DNA of 64,000 nucleotides, from NCBI GenBank assembly GCA_963662465.1, contig OY759599.1, positions 288,001-352,000 of the forward strand, written 5' to 3'. The DNA is from Desulfatiglandales bacterium (GTDB lineage Bacteria > Desulfobacterota > DSM-4660 > Desulfatiglandales > Desulfatiglandaceae). Below are positions 42,680-51,789 of this stretch, in pieces. The notes under the pieces are model-generated. The model ran no database searches. It saw only the letters and a program-made list of their open reading frames with translations, and was not told the DNA's origin. Position 1 is the stretch's first letter; each line of letters starts with the position of its first letter. The translations under genes were made by a program, and so were the position numbers.

Positions 42680-42728
42680 ACTTCTTTTTGGCATTGAATG
42701 CCTAATGGATGAGGCTTTGACATAACCA

Positions 42729-43130
42729 ATGGTCGGATTACTTATTATTTCTCATTGCAACCTGGGGCGGGAGTTTTTAAATGCGGCTGAACTTATCCTC
42801 GGAAAACTGGATGCTGCCGATGCCATTGCTGTTACCCAGACGACTGAAAGCAAGGAAATCCTCCAGTCCATATCCGACAAAATTAAAGCGCTTGACCAGG
42901 GTCAGGGGGTTCTTATTCTGACGGATATGTTTGGCGGGACGCCGTCGAATCTCAGCCTTTCTTTTTTAGAGGAGGAAATGCTTGAGGTTTTGACCGGGGT
43001 TAACCTGCCCATGGTGATGGCCGTTGCCGGTGATCGTGACCATTTGACGTTGAGCGAATTGGGGGAAAGAGCAGAACAGGCCGGAAAGAGGAGCATTGCT
43101 TTGGCTGGAAAACTTTTAAAGTCGGAATGA
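42729..43130 (+). CDS. PTS IIA mannose/fructose-type component
   Basis: IISH, TDMFGGTPSN, GVNLPM. Confidence 0.9.
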   Translation: MVGLLIISHCNLGREFLNAAELILGKLDAADAIAVTQTTESKEILQSISDKIKALDQGQGVLILTDMFGGTPSNLSLSFLEEEMLEVLTGVNLPMVMAVAGDRDHLTLSELGERAEQAGKRSIALAGKLLKSE

Positions 43131-43227
43131 TGCTTTTTTAGTTTTCGCTATGCCATCTTTCCTGACACCCTTACTATTGTCTTGTTAGAACATTATGAAT
43201 GCTACGCATTGAAAAAGGAGGTAAGCA

Positions 43228-44226
43228 ATGGCTTTAAAGGTGGCTATTAACGGTTTTGGCCGCATCGGAAGGATGGTTTTCAGAGCCGGTTTTTATAATC
43301 CCGATATTGATCTGGTTGCCATCAATGATTTGACGGACACGGCGACCCTGGCGCATCTGTTGAAATACGATTCGGTCCACGGCGTGTTTCGTGAAGATAT
43401 ATCCAGCACGGACCGTTCACTGGTTATCAACGGCAAAGAGATTGAGATTTATTCTGAAAAAGATCCCTCCAGGTTGCCATGGGGCGATCTGGGGGTTGAA
43501 ACGGTTTTTGAGTGTACAGGGCTTTTCAGGGATCGGGAGAGTGCATCCGGCCATTTGGATGCCGGCGCCGAAAAGGTGATTATCTCAGCCCCCGCCAAAT
43601 CTCCGGACATTACGGTGGTGATGGGGGTAAATGAGCAGGAGTATGATGCCAAGACCCATCATATTGTATCCAATGCCTCTTGTACGACCAACTGTCTGGC
43701 GCCTGTCTGCAAAGTTTTGCTGGATCATTTCGGCATTGAAAAGGGGCTCATGACCACGACCCATGCGTATACCGGAGATCAACGCTTGCTTGATTTTCCC
43801 CATAAGGATCTGAGGCGGGCCAGAGCTGCCGCACTGTCCATGATTCCCACCACAACGGGCGCCGCAAAGGCCGTTGCACTGGTTTTGCCCCAATTGGATG
43901 GAAAATTGAATGGTATGGCCATCCGGGTTCCCACACCCAATGTTTCGGTTGTTGATCTTGTGGTCCAATTGACAAAGACGGCTACGGCTGATGTGGTCAA
44001 TCAAGCCATGAAAGAGGCCTCGGAGACCTCCCTGAAAGGAATACTCGGTTTTTCCCATGAGCCGCTGGTCTCCATTGATTTTAATGGCGCCACCGTTTCA
44101 TCGACCGTGGACGGTCCCTCCACCATGGTTATCGGGGATATGTTGAAAATTCTGTCCTGGTACGATAACGAATTCGGATACTCCAGCCGGATGGTGGACC
44201 TGGCGATTTACATGGCCGGTTGTTAG
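43228..44226 (+). CDS. gap: Glyceraldehyde-3-phosphate dehydrogenase
   Basis: GFGRIGR, ASCTTNC, WYDNE. Confidence 0.98.
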   Translation: MALKVAINGFGRIGRMVFRAGFYNPDIDLVAINDLTDTATLAHLLKYDSVHGVFREDISSTDRSLVINGKEIEIYSEKDPSRLPWGDLGVETVFECTGLFRDRESASGHLDAGAEKVIISAPAKSPDITVVMGVNEQEYDAKTHHIVSNASCTTNCLAPVCKVLLDHFGIEKGLMTTTHAYTGDQRLLDFPHKDLRRARAAALSMIPTTTGAAKAVALVLPQLDGKLNGMAIRVPTPNVSVVDLVVQLTKTATADVVNQAMKEASETSLKGILGFSHEPLVSIDFNGATVSSTVDGPSTMVIGDMLKILSWYDNEFGYSSRMVDLAIYMAGC

Positions 44227-44308
44227 GGCAAAAAGATGCATTCTTAATAATAAGGGTCGTTGAAGATAACGCTTATTTCGAAGAAATTTCAGGGAAGGAT
44301 GAGAGAAA

Positions 44309-45079
44309 ATGTTTGAAAGAACGCCTATGATTGCCGGTAACTGGAAGATGAACCTGAGTCTTGAAGGCGCCGTGGCGCTGGCTGAAGCCGTAGGTTCCGG
44401 GATCGGGGATGTATCGGATGTCGAGGTTTTGGTGGCGCCTCCTTTTACGCACCTTGCCGCGGTGAAAGGCGCCATTGATGAGACGAAAATTTTTCTTGCC
44501 GGGCAGAATATGCATTGGGAAATGACCGGCGCTTATACCGGAGAAATTTCAGGAAGGATGCTTCAGCAGTCCGGTTGTACCCATGTGATTTTGGGGCACT
44601 CGGAAAGGCGGATGCTTTTTCACGAAACGAGCGAGGTGATTAACCTCAAGGTCAGGGCGGCTTCTTTTCTCGGGCTTATCCCCATTGTTTGTGTGGGGGA
44701 AACCCTTGAGGAAAGGGAATCCGACCGGACGTTTGAAGTCATTAAAGCGCAGTTGGATGTATCCCTGGATAATTGCAAGGCGGATCAGATGATGCCGACC
44801 ACCACCATTCTGGCCTATGAACCGGTGTGGGCGATTGGGACGGGAAAGACCGCCACGCCTGAGCAGGCACAGGAAGTGCATCAGTTTATCCGACAATGGA
44901 TCGAGAATACGTTTAATTCGGGTACGGCAGCCCAGGTCAGGATACTCTATGGCGGCAGTGTAAAACCTGAGAATGTTAAGGCTCTCATGGCCGAGCCGGA
45001 TATTGACGGTGCTCTGGTGGGTGGCGCAAGCCTCAAAGGCGATTCTTTTGTTCAGTTGATCCGTTACAAAGAGGCATAA
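44309..45079 (+). CDS. tpiA: Triosephosphate isomerase
   Basis: AGNWKMN, GHSERR, AYEPVWAIGTG. Confidence 0.98.
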   Translation: MFERTPMIAGNWKMNLSLEGAVALAEAVGSGIGDVSDVEVLVAPPFTHLAAVKGAIDETKIFLAGQNMHWEMTGAYTGEISGRMLQQSGCTHVILGHSERRMLFHETSEVINLKVRAASFLGLIPIVCVGETLEERESDRTFEVIKAQLDVSLDNCKADQMMPTTTILAYEPVWAIGTGKTATPEQAQEVHQFIRQWIENTFNSGTAAQVRILYGGSVKPENVKALMAEPDIDGALVGGASLKGDSFVQLIRYKEA

Positions 45080-45176
45080 AGGGGGAAAATTTTTGTTGCA
45101 AAAAAAAATGTAATGATTTATACCTCTCTGATTAACCATTGCAGCACCTATTGTTTTGAAAGAAAGAGGGTCATGG

Positions 45177-45509
45177 ATGTTCCCCGTTTTGATTGTATTG
45201 CATGTTTGCGTGTGCGTGGCGCTTATTTTGATTGTTCTCCTTCAGAAAGGAAAAGGCGCGGGAATGGGTGCCGCCTTTGGGGGATCAAGCCAGACGGTTT
45301 TTGGCAGTAGCGGTGCAACCTCTTTGTTGCACAGAGTAACCACGGCCGTTGCGGTCGTTTTTATGTTAACTTCTCTGGGCTTGTCTATTTTTATTGGGAA
45401 GGGTGCCAATACTTCTGTTATGAAGGATGTTCATCCCGTAGAGGCAACTTCTGAGGCTCCCAGCCCTGCGTCGCCGCCGATAAGCGACAATGCGCAGGAC
45501 AAGCAATAG
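45177..45509 (+). CDS. secG: Preprotein translocase SecG
   Basis: VLLQKGKGAGMGAAFGG; tpiA-secG-tRNA-Leu synteny. Confidence 0.93.
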   Translation: MFPVLIVLHVCVCVALILIVLLQKGKGAGMGAAFGGSSQTVFGSSGATSLLHRVTTAVAVVFMLTSLGLSIFIGKGANTSVMKDVHPVEATSEAPSPASPPISDNAQDKQ

Positions 45510-45528
45510 TGAGGTATGTTTTTATTGT

Positions 45529-45615
45529 GCCGAAGTGGTGGAATCTGGTAGACACGCTATCTTGAGGGGGTAGTGGGCTACGCCCGTGCGGGTTCAAGTC
45601 CCGCCTTCGGCACCA
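45529..45615 (+). tRNA. tRNA-Leu(GAG)
   Basis: GCCGAAG acceptor stem, CTATC-TTGAGGG-GGTAG anticodon arm, long variable arm, GTTCAAGTC, CCA end. Confidence 0.97.
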
Positions 45616-45652
45616 TAAAAAAATCAAATACTTACATGAACAGGCTGCTTTT

Positions 45653-46822
45653 TTAAGTGGCCTGTTTTTCGTTCAAGGTAACATTTTGGGTAACATTTTT
45701 GAAAAACACCTCCAGGCTGTTAACAGCGTTCCGGGTGTCTTCCAGGTCAACCGTGTTGTATCGATCAAACATTTCCCGTGTTGAATGGCCGGTAATCGCC
45801 ATGATAACGCTTTCCGGTACACCTGCCTTTCGCATATTCGTGTTGAACGTGTGCCGTAAGTCGTGAAAAACGAAACCGCCTTTCTCGAAACGGCCATAAA
45901 CGATATCTGATTTCTTGCAGGCTTTTACCAATCCGGTCCTAATATCGGAAACAGGTTTTCCCCGAAAAAGGAAAATATGCTTGTCGTGAATATGCCGGGT
46001 AACATTTTTTAACATTTCATGAAGTTCATCGCTTATCGGAATTGACCTTTTTTCATTATCCTTTGTATCAGAAGCCTCCAGGTTGATGAAACGGTTTTTC
46101 ATGTCAACTTTATCCCATGTCAGATTCAGGATTTCCCCACGACGCATTCCGGTGTAATATCCCATGGTGATAATTTCCCGGATATGCCGGGTTGAATTTC
46201 CACAAAGCCGGGTGAATTCGTCATGGGTCAAAATCCTATCCCTGATATCCGTGCCTTTTTTGAGAACATTCTTGACGACCTTAAACGTCCGCATAGTCTC
46301 GCCACTGATCATTCTATTGTCGAATGCCTTTGAAACCATGGTTCTTGTTTTGCCGATCTCATGGTCAATGGTCGCTGGGGCCATGCCTGCTTTAAGGCGG
46401 ATCGCCTGATAGTTCTCCAGGTCCGCCGGGGTGATCTTGGCAATAATGGTTCCGCCATAAACTTTGTTGAATTTCACGAGGGAAATGCGGATTGTATCGA
46501 ATGAAGCCAAAGCCTTCACCTTTTCCAATTTCAGATACCAGTCGGTCAATTCCTGAAACGTCATCTTAGCATCGGCCTTGATATCGAAAAGACGGCCTTC
46601 CTTTTTCTGAGTCTTTTTTTTTCCGTCCGCCGCTCGGGCCTCCTCAATGGACGTGCCCACGGGTTCCTGTTTCTGCTTGCCGCTGGGTAGTCGGTAACTG
46701 ATCCAGTATATGAGCTTTTTCCCTGACTTGGCCTTATTCAAGTCAGATCCGCACATTTTGCAGAGCTTATTTTTAATGGATTGCCGGGTTTTGCATACCG
46801 GGCATTGAGCCAGAATTCCCAT
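45653..46822 (-). CDS. Tyrosine recombinase/integrase with N-terminal Cys4 finger
   Basis: TGMRRGE, FHDLRHT, TGHST...RY; CPVC...CKMC at N terminus. Confidence 0.95.
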   Translation of the reverse strand: MGILAQCPVCKTRQSIKNKLCKMCGSDLNKAKSGKKLIYWISYRLPSGKQKQEPVGTSIEEARAADGKKKTQKKEGRLFDIKADAKMTFQELTDWYLKLEKVKALASFDTIRISLVKFNKVYGGTIIAKITPADLENYQAIRLKAGMAPATIDHEIGKTRTMVSKAFDNRMISGETMRTFKVVKNVLKKGTDIRDRILTHDEFTRLCGNSTRHIREIITMGYYTGMRRGEILNLTWDKVDMKNRFINLEASDTKDNEKRSIPISDELHEMLKNVTRHIHDKHIFLFRGKPVSDIRTGLVKACKKSDIVYGRFEKGGFVFHDLRHTFNTNMRKAGVPESVIMAITGHSTREMFDRYNTVDLEDTRNAVNSLEVFFKNVTQNVTLNEKQAT

Positions 46823-46908
46823 AAATACCGCCTCCGAAAATATACGATTGTTTCGGGTATTGTTTCATGGTATCATGTCTTCATCCATTTAGGGAAAGGG
46901 AAATTACC

Positions 46909-47163
46909 ATGGGCGCCACTATCACATTTGACACCTTCGAAAACGTCAAGAGACTAAAAGCCGTCGGTTTCACGGAAGAGCAGGCTGCCGAACAGACAAA
47001 AATCATCAGCGAACTTCTGGATGAACAGCTTGTAACAAAGCAATATCTTGATATACGCCTTAAAGAGCTTGATGCCAGCGTTACAACGAACATCATCAAA
47101 TGGGTTGCCGGAATGCTGGTTGTCCAGGCTGGCGTTGTTGCCGCTTTGGTTAAGCTTCTGTGA
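46909..47163 (+). CDS. DUF1640/CCDC90-like small coiled-coil membrane protein
   Basis: FDT...VKRLKAVGFTEEQA, IIKWVAG. Confidence 0.8.
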   Translation: MGATITFDTFENVKRLKAVGFTEEQAAEQTKIISELLDEQLVTKQYLDIRLKELDASVTTNIIKWVAGMLVVQAGVVAALVKLL

Positions 47164-47293
47164 TTTTCATCGTTTCCTATGCCGAAACATCCGCGCCTTT
47201 CCCATCAACTCTTCCGTGCCGGCCATAAACGCCACGGCCAGGGCGCCCAAAACAGTCCGGGCCCCTGGGGTTGTCTGGCCATGACAAGTGATA

Positions 47294-47788
47294 TCATGCC
47301 GCCATTTGCGCTTCCTGGAATTCCAGGGCCTCTTCCGTTGGCTCCTCCACTGTTCCGTATTTCTTTTTCAGGTACAGCTCCGCCAGATGGGCATACGCCT
47401 CGCGTTCCTCTTTATCCAACAGGAACACGCTCATGGATTTTTTAATTTTATCCGGCAACTGTAGAAACTGCCATTGCAGCTCATGGCAAGCTCGGTTTTC
47501 CATAACGTTTCGCGTCTCGGTCCGGAAGTCGTCCGCGGGGGACTTCCCACGGTATTCTTTTTTGAAAAAGCTGTCCAGGGCGTCCCATCGAAGCATGCAC
47601 GACCAAAGGGTGGTGGTCACTGAGTGTACAAGCGGTGTGTCCCTCAGCTCCCCTCTTTCCCACATGGTCGTCAACATCTCATGGATCAATTTCATGGGTT
47701 CCTTTACGGCGATTTCAAGTTCCTGTTGATAATCCAAAACATCCGGTTTTGTGCCGTCCTTGTGTTCGTAGAATGCCAAATTGTCCAT
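47294..47788 (-). CDS. Hypothetical protein
   Basis: 164 aa, GGAGG RBS, operon-like with next two ORFs. Confidence 0.65.
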   Translation of the reverse strand: MDNLAFYEHKDGTKPDVLDYQQELEIAVKEPMKLIHEMLTTMWERGELRDTPLVHSVTTTLWSCMLRWDALDSFFKKEYRGKSPADDFRTETRNVMENRACHELQWQFLQLPDKIKKSMSVFLLDKEEREAYAHLAELYLKKKYGTVEEPTEEALEFQEAQMAA

Positions 47789-47799
47789 TGTGTTCCTCC

Positions 47800-48021
47800 T
47801 TAGGATTTCTTCCTGCCCGCAATGGCCTTTTTCCAGATTTCATCTAACGCCCTATCTGCGACATCAACCATCTTATGCAAGATAAAATCACCCCTGGTAT
47901 CTTCAGCCGTGGCCCCGATCGCGCTTGCCATCCATTTCACCTCATGTGCGAAATTGTAATAGTCGTGGTACAGCTCATCAAATAAAGACCAACTGACCGT
48001 GTTTTCATTCTCTGTGGTCAT
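47800..48021 (-). CDS. Hypothetical protein
   Basis: 73 aa, GGAGG RBS, ATGA overlap. Confidence 0.6.
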   Translation of the reverse strand: MTTENENTVSWSLFDELYHDYYNFAHEVKWMASAIGATAEDTRGDFILHKMVDVADRALDEIWKKAIAGRKKS

Positions 48022-48401
48022 TGTGCCACCTCCTTTTCCGGTTTACACAGGACGCCAATGGGAACACCGCCGTCATAGGTGATTTCATCTCGCATCGGCG
48101 TGTCTATGAAAAACCTACCCCCCATGGCTTCCTCAATAAGATCACATGCCTTTTGAACCTTCAACTTATTGGCTTCAATCAAAGCCTCGCATACAAATCC
48201 AAAATTTTCATAGGCATCATCACCTATCATATTAACGAGTGACTCCATTTGTTTCAGTGGTGTCATCATGAAATCTTCAAGGCAGATTCGGAATGCTTTT
48301 GTTTCATTTCCGTATTGGTTCAGGTAAATTGGGTTCCAATTATCGTCTTTTATGATTTCGGGTTTCTGTGTTTCCGGGGAGTAGTTTTCTTTCTGAGACA
48401 T
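48018..48401 (-). CDS. Hypothetical protein
   Basis: Start MSQKEN after GGAGG. Confidence 0.6.
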   Translation of the reverse strand: MSQKENYSPETQKPEIIKDDNWNPIYLNQYGNETKAFRICLEDFMMTPLKQMESLVNMIGDDAYENFGFVCEALIEANKLKVQKACDLIEEAMGGRFFIDTPMRDEITYDGGVPIGVLCKPEKEVAQ

Positions 48402-48594
48402 GCTGCAACCTCCAATAAAAAAGCGCACAAGATGTCTCATGGTGTATTAAACCATTCCGGGCCTCACGGCTGCCGGCATCTTGTGCGCGAATATTTTGTA
48501 TAAATAAAAAATGCCATTTACGGTTGGCCTCCGAATACGTTTTGAGAGAAACCCACAAATACCCCGTTGCCGCCTGCTCGTCAAGGTTTTTTTT

Positions 48595-50125
48595 AGCGGG
48601 CCGAAAAATCGGTTGGCTTCCCCGGTAGATCGCCTTAATTTTAAGGAGATCTTTTAACCGCCTCATTTTTGAGGCGGTTGAATTCCCCGGCTTCCAAACG
48701 GTCCAGGGCCTCGGGGTGGTCTCTGGATAGGCGGCGGAGTAGGTAGGTTTTGCCTCTGTCTTGTTTGGGCTTATCATTATTAAAACGGGTAGCGTCACTA
48801 CCTGTTTTAATACCCCTTCCAGGTCCAGACTTACCCTTACCTATTTCCTGTTTGGGTAGCGGCATCTCCCGGGCGGCGGAAATAGCATCCCTCAGCGGCA
48901 CCTCGAAATCCGGGTCCTTGATCTTCAGCCAGGCAACCGCCAGATCGGCTTAATTCTCAGCCGATCTTTTACACCTGGCAGGGAAGAGACCGCCTGAATT
49001 TTAAGGCGGTTAAATACGTCGATCTGTGCTTCTGGTTCAAGTTGGGTGAGGGGGCGGACTTGGGATTCATTGGTGGGCTGAATGTCCCCCATGGGGGATA
49101 AAAGTTTTTGGACTTTCGCAGAATCTATCAACCGATATACGTGTGATTTCCTTATTTCCCACCGATCCCGGCAATAATCCTCAAACGTCGAGTACTGCTC
49201 ACGGTAGAGGCGGGAAACAACCACGATCCCCCGCCAGGCTTCACCAGAGCCCCCGTGTTGGTCGTTCGCTGTTCAACCCTTACATGGGTATGGGTATTTT
49301 AAGAAACGGTTGTTTTTTGTCTCCCCGGTCTGTTCCATAGCGTCAATGACCTGGACCACCTCTGCGGCTTTCTCTGCGGTCTTGCCGGACATTCCTACTT
49401 TCGCCGCTGCCAGGTCTCGGGAATCACCTTTTACTTCCGGTAAATTTTCCGGAAGTGAATCGCCTTTATACTGGACTGCCTGCCTCACCTTAGCCCGCGC
49501 CGCCTCGATCTCCTTCAGCTTCGTGAACTCCCGGGCCTTCTGCTCGTTGTTTTACGCATTATCAGAGGCGTTTAGAAAAACGTATACGCTTATCATACAA
49601 ATAGGCTGAATTTCGGCGGATATTCCTTTGCCTGTTTATGGGTGATCACTTCCCCGGCTTCGGCCTTTTCGATTGCTTCGGTACGGGCAGACGCGGGGGT
49701 GCTGTTTTGGGCAAGGAGATAAAGGGCGGACCTTGAAATGTCTGAATTACCAAATTTTGGTAATTTATCCGCCACATTCATCATGTTTTGAATCGTTTGA
49801 CGTTCCCACGGAAAATTGGCCTCACAGCAATTCATAAACTGCCCATGTTCCAACCTTTCCTTGACTTCCAGCAGGTCACGGCCGTTCTCCCAGATCGTTT
49901 GAGAAGTACGGGCAGATTCGGGGGGTGCGTAGGCGTTTGATGGTCCTTTCTGATTGCCCGGTTTCTTCGGCAATCTGTGCCACGGTGGCACAGTTTCCGT
50001 TCGTTGGGCCTTCCTTCACGCCCCGAATCTCATAAAGCCGCTTGATCGCCCGCGCCATGGAAGACGTTGACAACTGCCGCCGCCGTCCATCCATACCCAC
50101 CTATGCCTTTAACCGATAACGCTTA
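48595..50125 (-). pseudogene. Mosaic of phage DNA-binding-protein gene fragments (ParB-like HTH, DUF3102-like, Rha-like) rich in palindromes
   Basis: Five short coding-like pieces without clear RBS/starts, e.g. RLYREQYSTFEDYCRDRW, DSRDLAAAKVGMSGKT, GRDLLEVKERLEHGQF, TVAQIAEETGQSERTI. Confidence 0.65.
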
Positions 50126-50153
50126 ACCTCGGCAATCTGACAGGCTGCAAGCC

Positions 50154-50381
50154 TTAATAATCCGCATCAAGTTCCCTTGTGTCTGAATCTTGAAAAATAG
50201 CGCCGATCAACTCATATATGCCGTTCATATCTTCCATTGTGGTGGTGTCGCCTGATTCAAACAGCTTGCATTCAGAACATGGAACAATGGCCACCCTATG
50301 GTTTGCTGAATAGCATAGACATCGCCAGTAATGCTTACAGTCATACCGCCTTTTGGCCTTCAGGGGTATCCGTTTGATCAT
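50154..50381 (-). CDS. Small Cys-rich hypothetical protein
   Basis: ATGA overlap with terL stop; C..Y..C.C........C..C. Confidence 0.55.
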   Translation of the reverse strand: MIKRIPLKAKRRYDCKHYWRCLCYSANHRVAIVPCSECKLFESGDTTTMEDMNGIYELIGAIFQDSDTRELDADY

Positions 50382-51789
50382 CTGCTTAACCAGGATGGCC
50401 GTTTGTATTGGTGGGACTTCGTTTGCGCCTTCAGCGGCCTCGGGGGCCTCTTGTGGTTGGGTTGCCGTTTTGCCATGTAGACAGGCTTTTGCAGCACACG
50501 CACACCGCCGGCACATTGCGGGTCCGCCGCCGCCAGTGCGTAAATCTCACAGTCCAACCAGTGATTAGGGCCGGAAACGTGCCACTCGATCTTGCCGTTT
50601 CGATGGACTCTTTTTTCCTCTGAAATGATGTGCTGGGCATAGATTTTGCCCACGTCCTCATGAAGATACCAGGCGCCCGGTTCCCCCTGGGCAAGGCCAA
50701 TGCGATAATGGAGGGCGTCTTTGAGCTGGTCCGTGTTCAACAAAAACAGCCGTAAGCCGCCAGGGATAGCCATTCCAGACCGGCCAGGCATCCGATCTAT
50801 GACGGAAAACTTAATTCGTTCGGTGGTTTTCCAGGATTGACCTTTCACACCAAAAGCGATCCCATTCCCATTGTTTCGGAGCCAGGTGTAGCACTCTTCA
50901 GTCATGGTGAAGCCTTCAGATCCTTCGCCGCCGCCTGTGTCGATAAATGCACGCCATATGCCCATGGATTTCTCAGAATCCACAATGGGATAAGTATCTT
51001 CAAAAACTATCTGTCGAATATCATCCCAACTTTGAGCCTCGCCATATCGGATAAGCCAGGAGGTCATATCACGCCGCCAGGCTCTGACAACGTAATAGAA
51101 CGAAAACTTTTGAACATCGATGCCGCAAGTGAGTGCCACCACATCCGCCGGAACAGTCAGCGGCGCCAGGTCGGTTTTGCATTTCAGGATATCATCGGTT
51201 TTTTTGACTGTGAGGGTTTGCTTCCACTCTTGGCATAGCCAGCCATTGCGGAAATTCATCAAACGTCCGATGTCGTCTTTTGAATCCAGGAATTCGTAGG
51301 CGATATCGCCCCAGCTGAGAAACGGCGAATACAGGCTGTTCAACTGAAAACCAACTGATTCAGCCTCCTCAAATGGGCTATCTTCCTCTGATTGCCATTG
51401 CCCTTTCCTCAACATCTCAGGCTTATCATTATCCAGGATTTCTTTTTGACAGTGAGCGCACTCATAGCGGGCTGCACGTTTGATCTTCAGCCGGGTTGAC
51501 TGTTCGCTCGTATCTCCGAAGCTGGGCCATTTGATTTGCTCAAACACAAGTAGCTGCAAGCCGCCACAGTGCGGGCAGGGGACAAAGAATTGATATTTTA
51601 AATCACAATCCCGATGATATCTGGAAATGAGTCCACCTTCCACTGTGGGACTGGAAACAAGCACGGTTTTTCGGGTGTATTGGAAGGTCTTTTGCCGTTC
51701 CATCGCCAATTTAATGGGATCTGCATCTTTCCCAGAAAACTGCGGGAAGGTGCTTACCTCGTCACAGAAGACATTCTCAATGGGCATTG

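Noticed and set aside
48595..50125. CRISPR array interpretation of the palindrome cluster
   Set aside because: Repeats are not identical, spacing is irregular and there are no cas genes.
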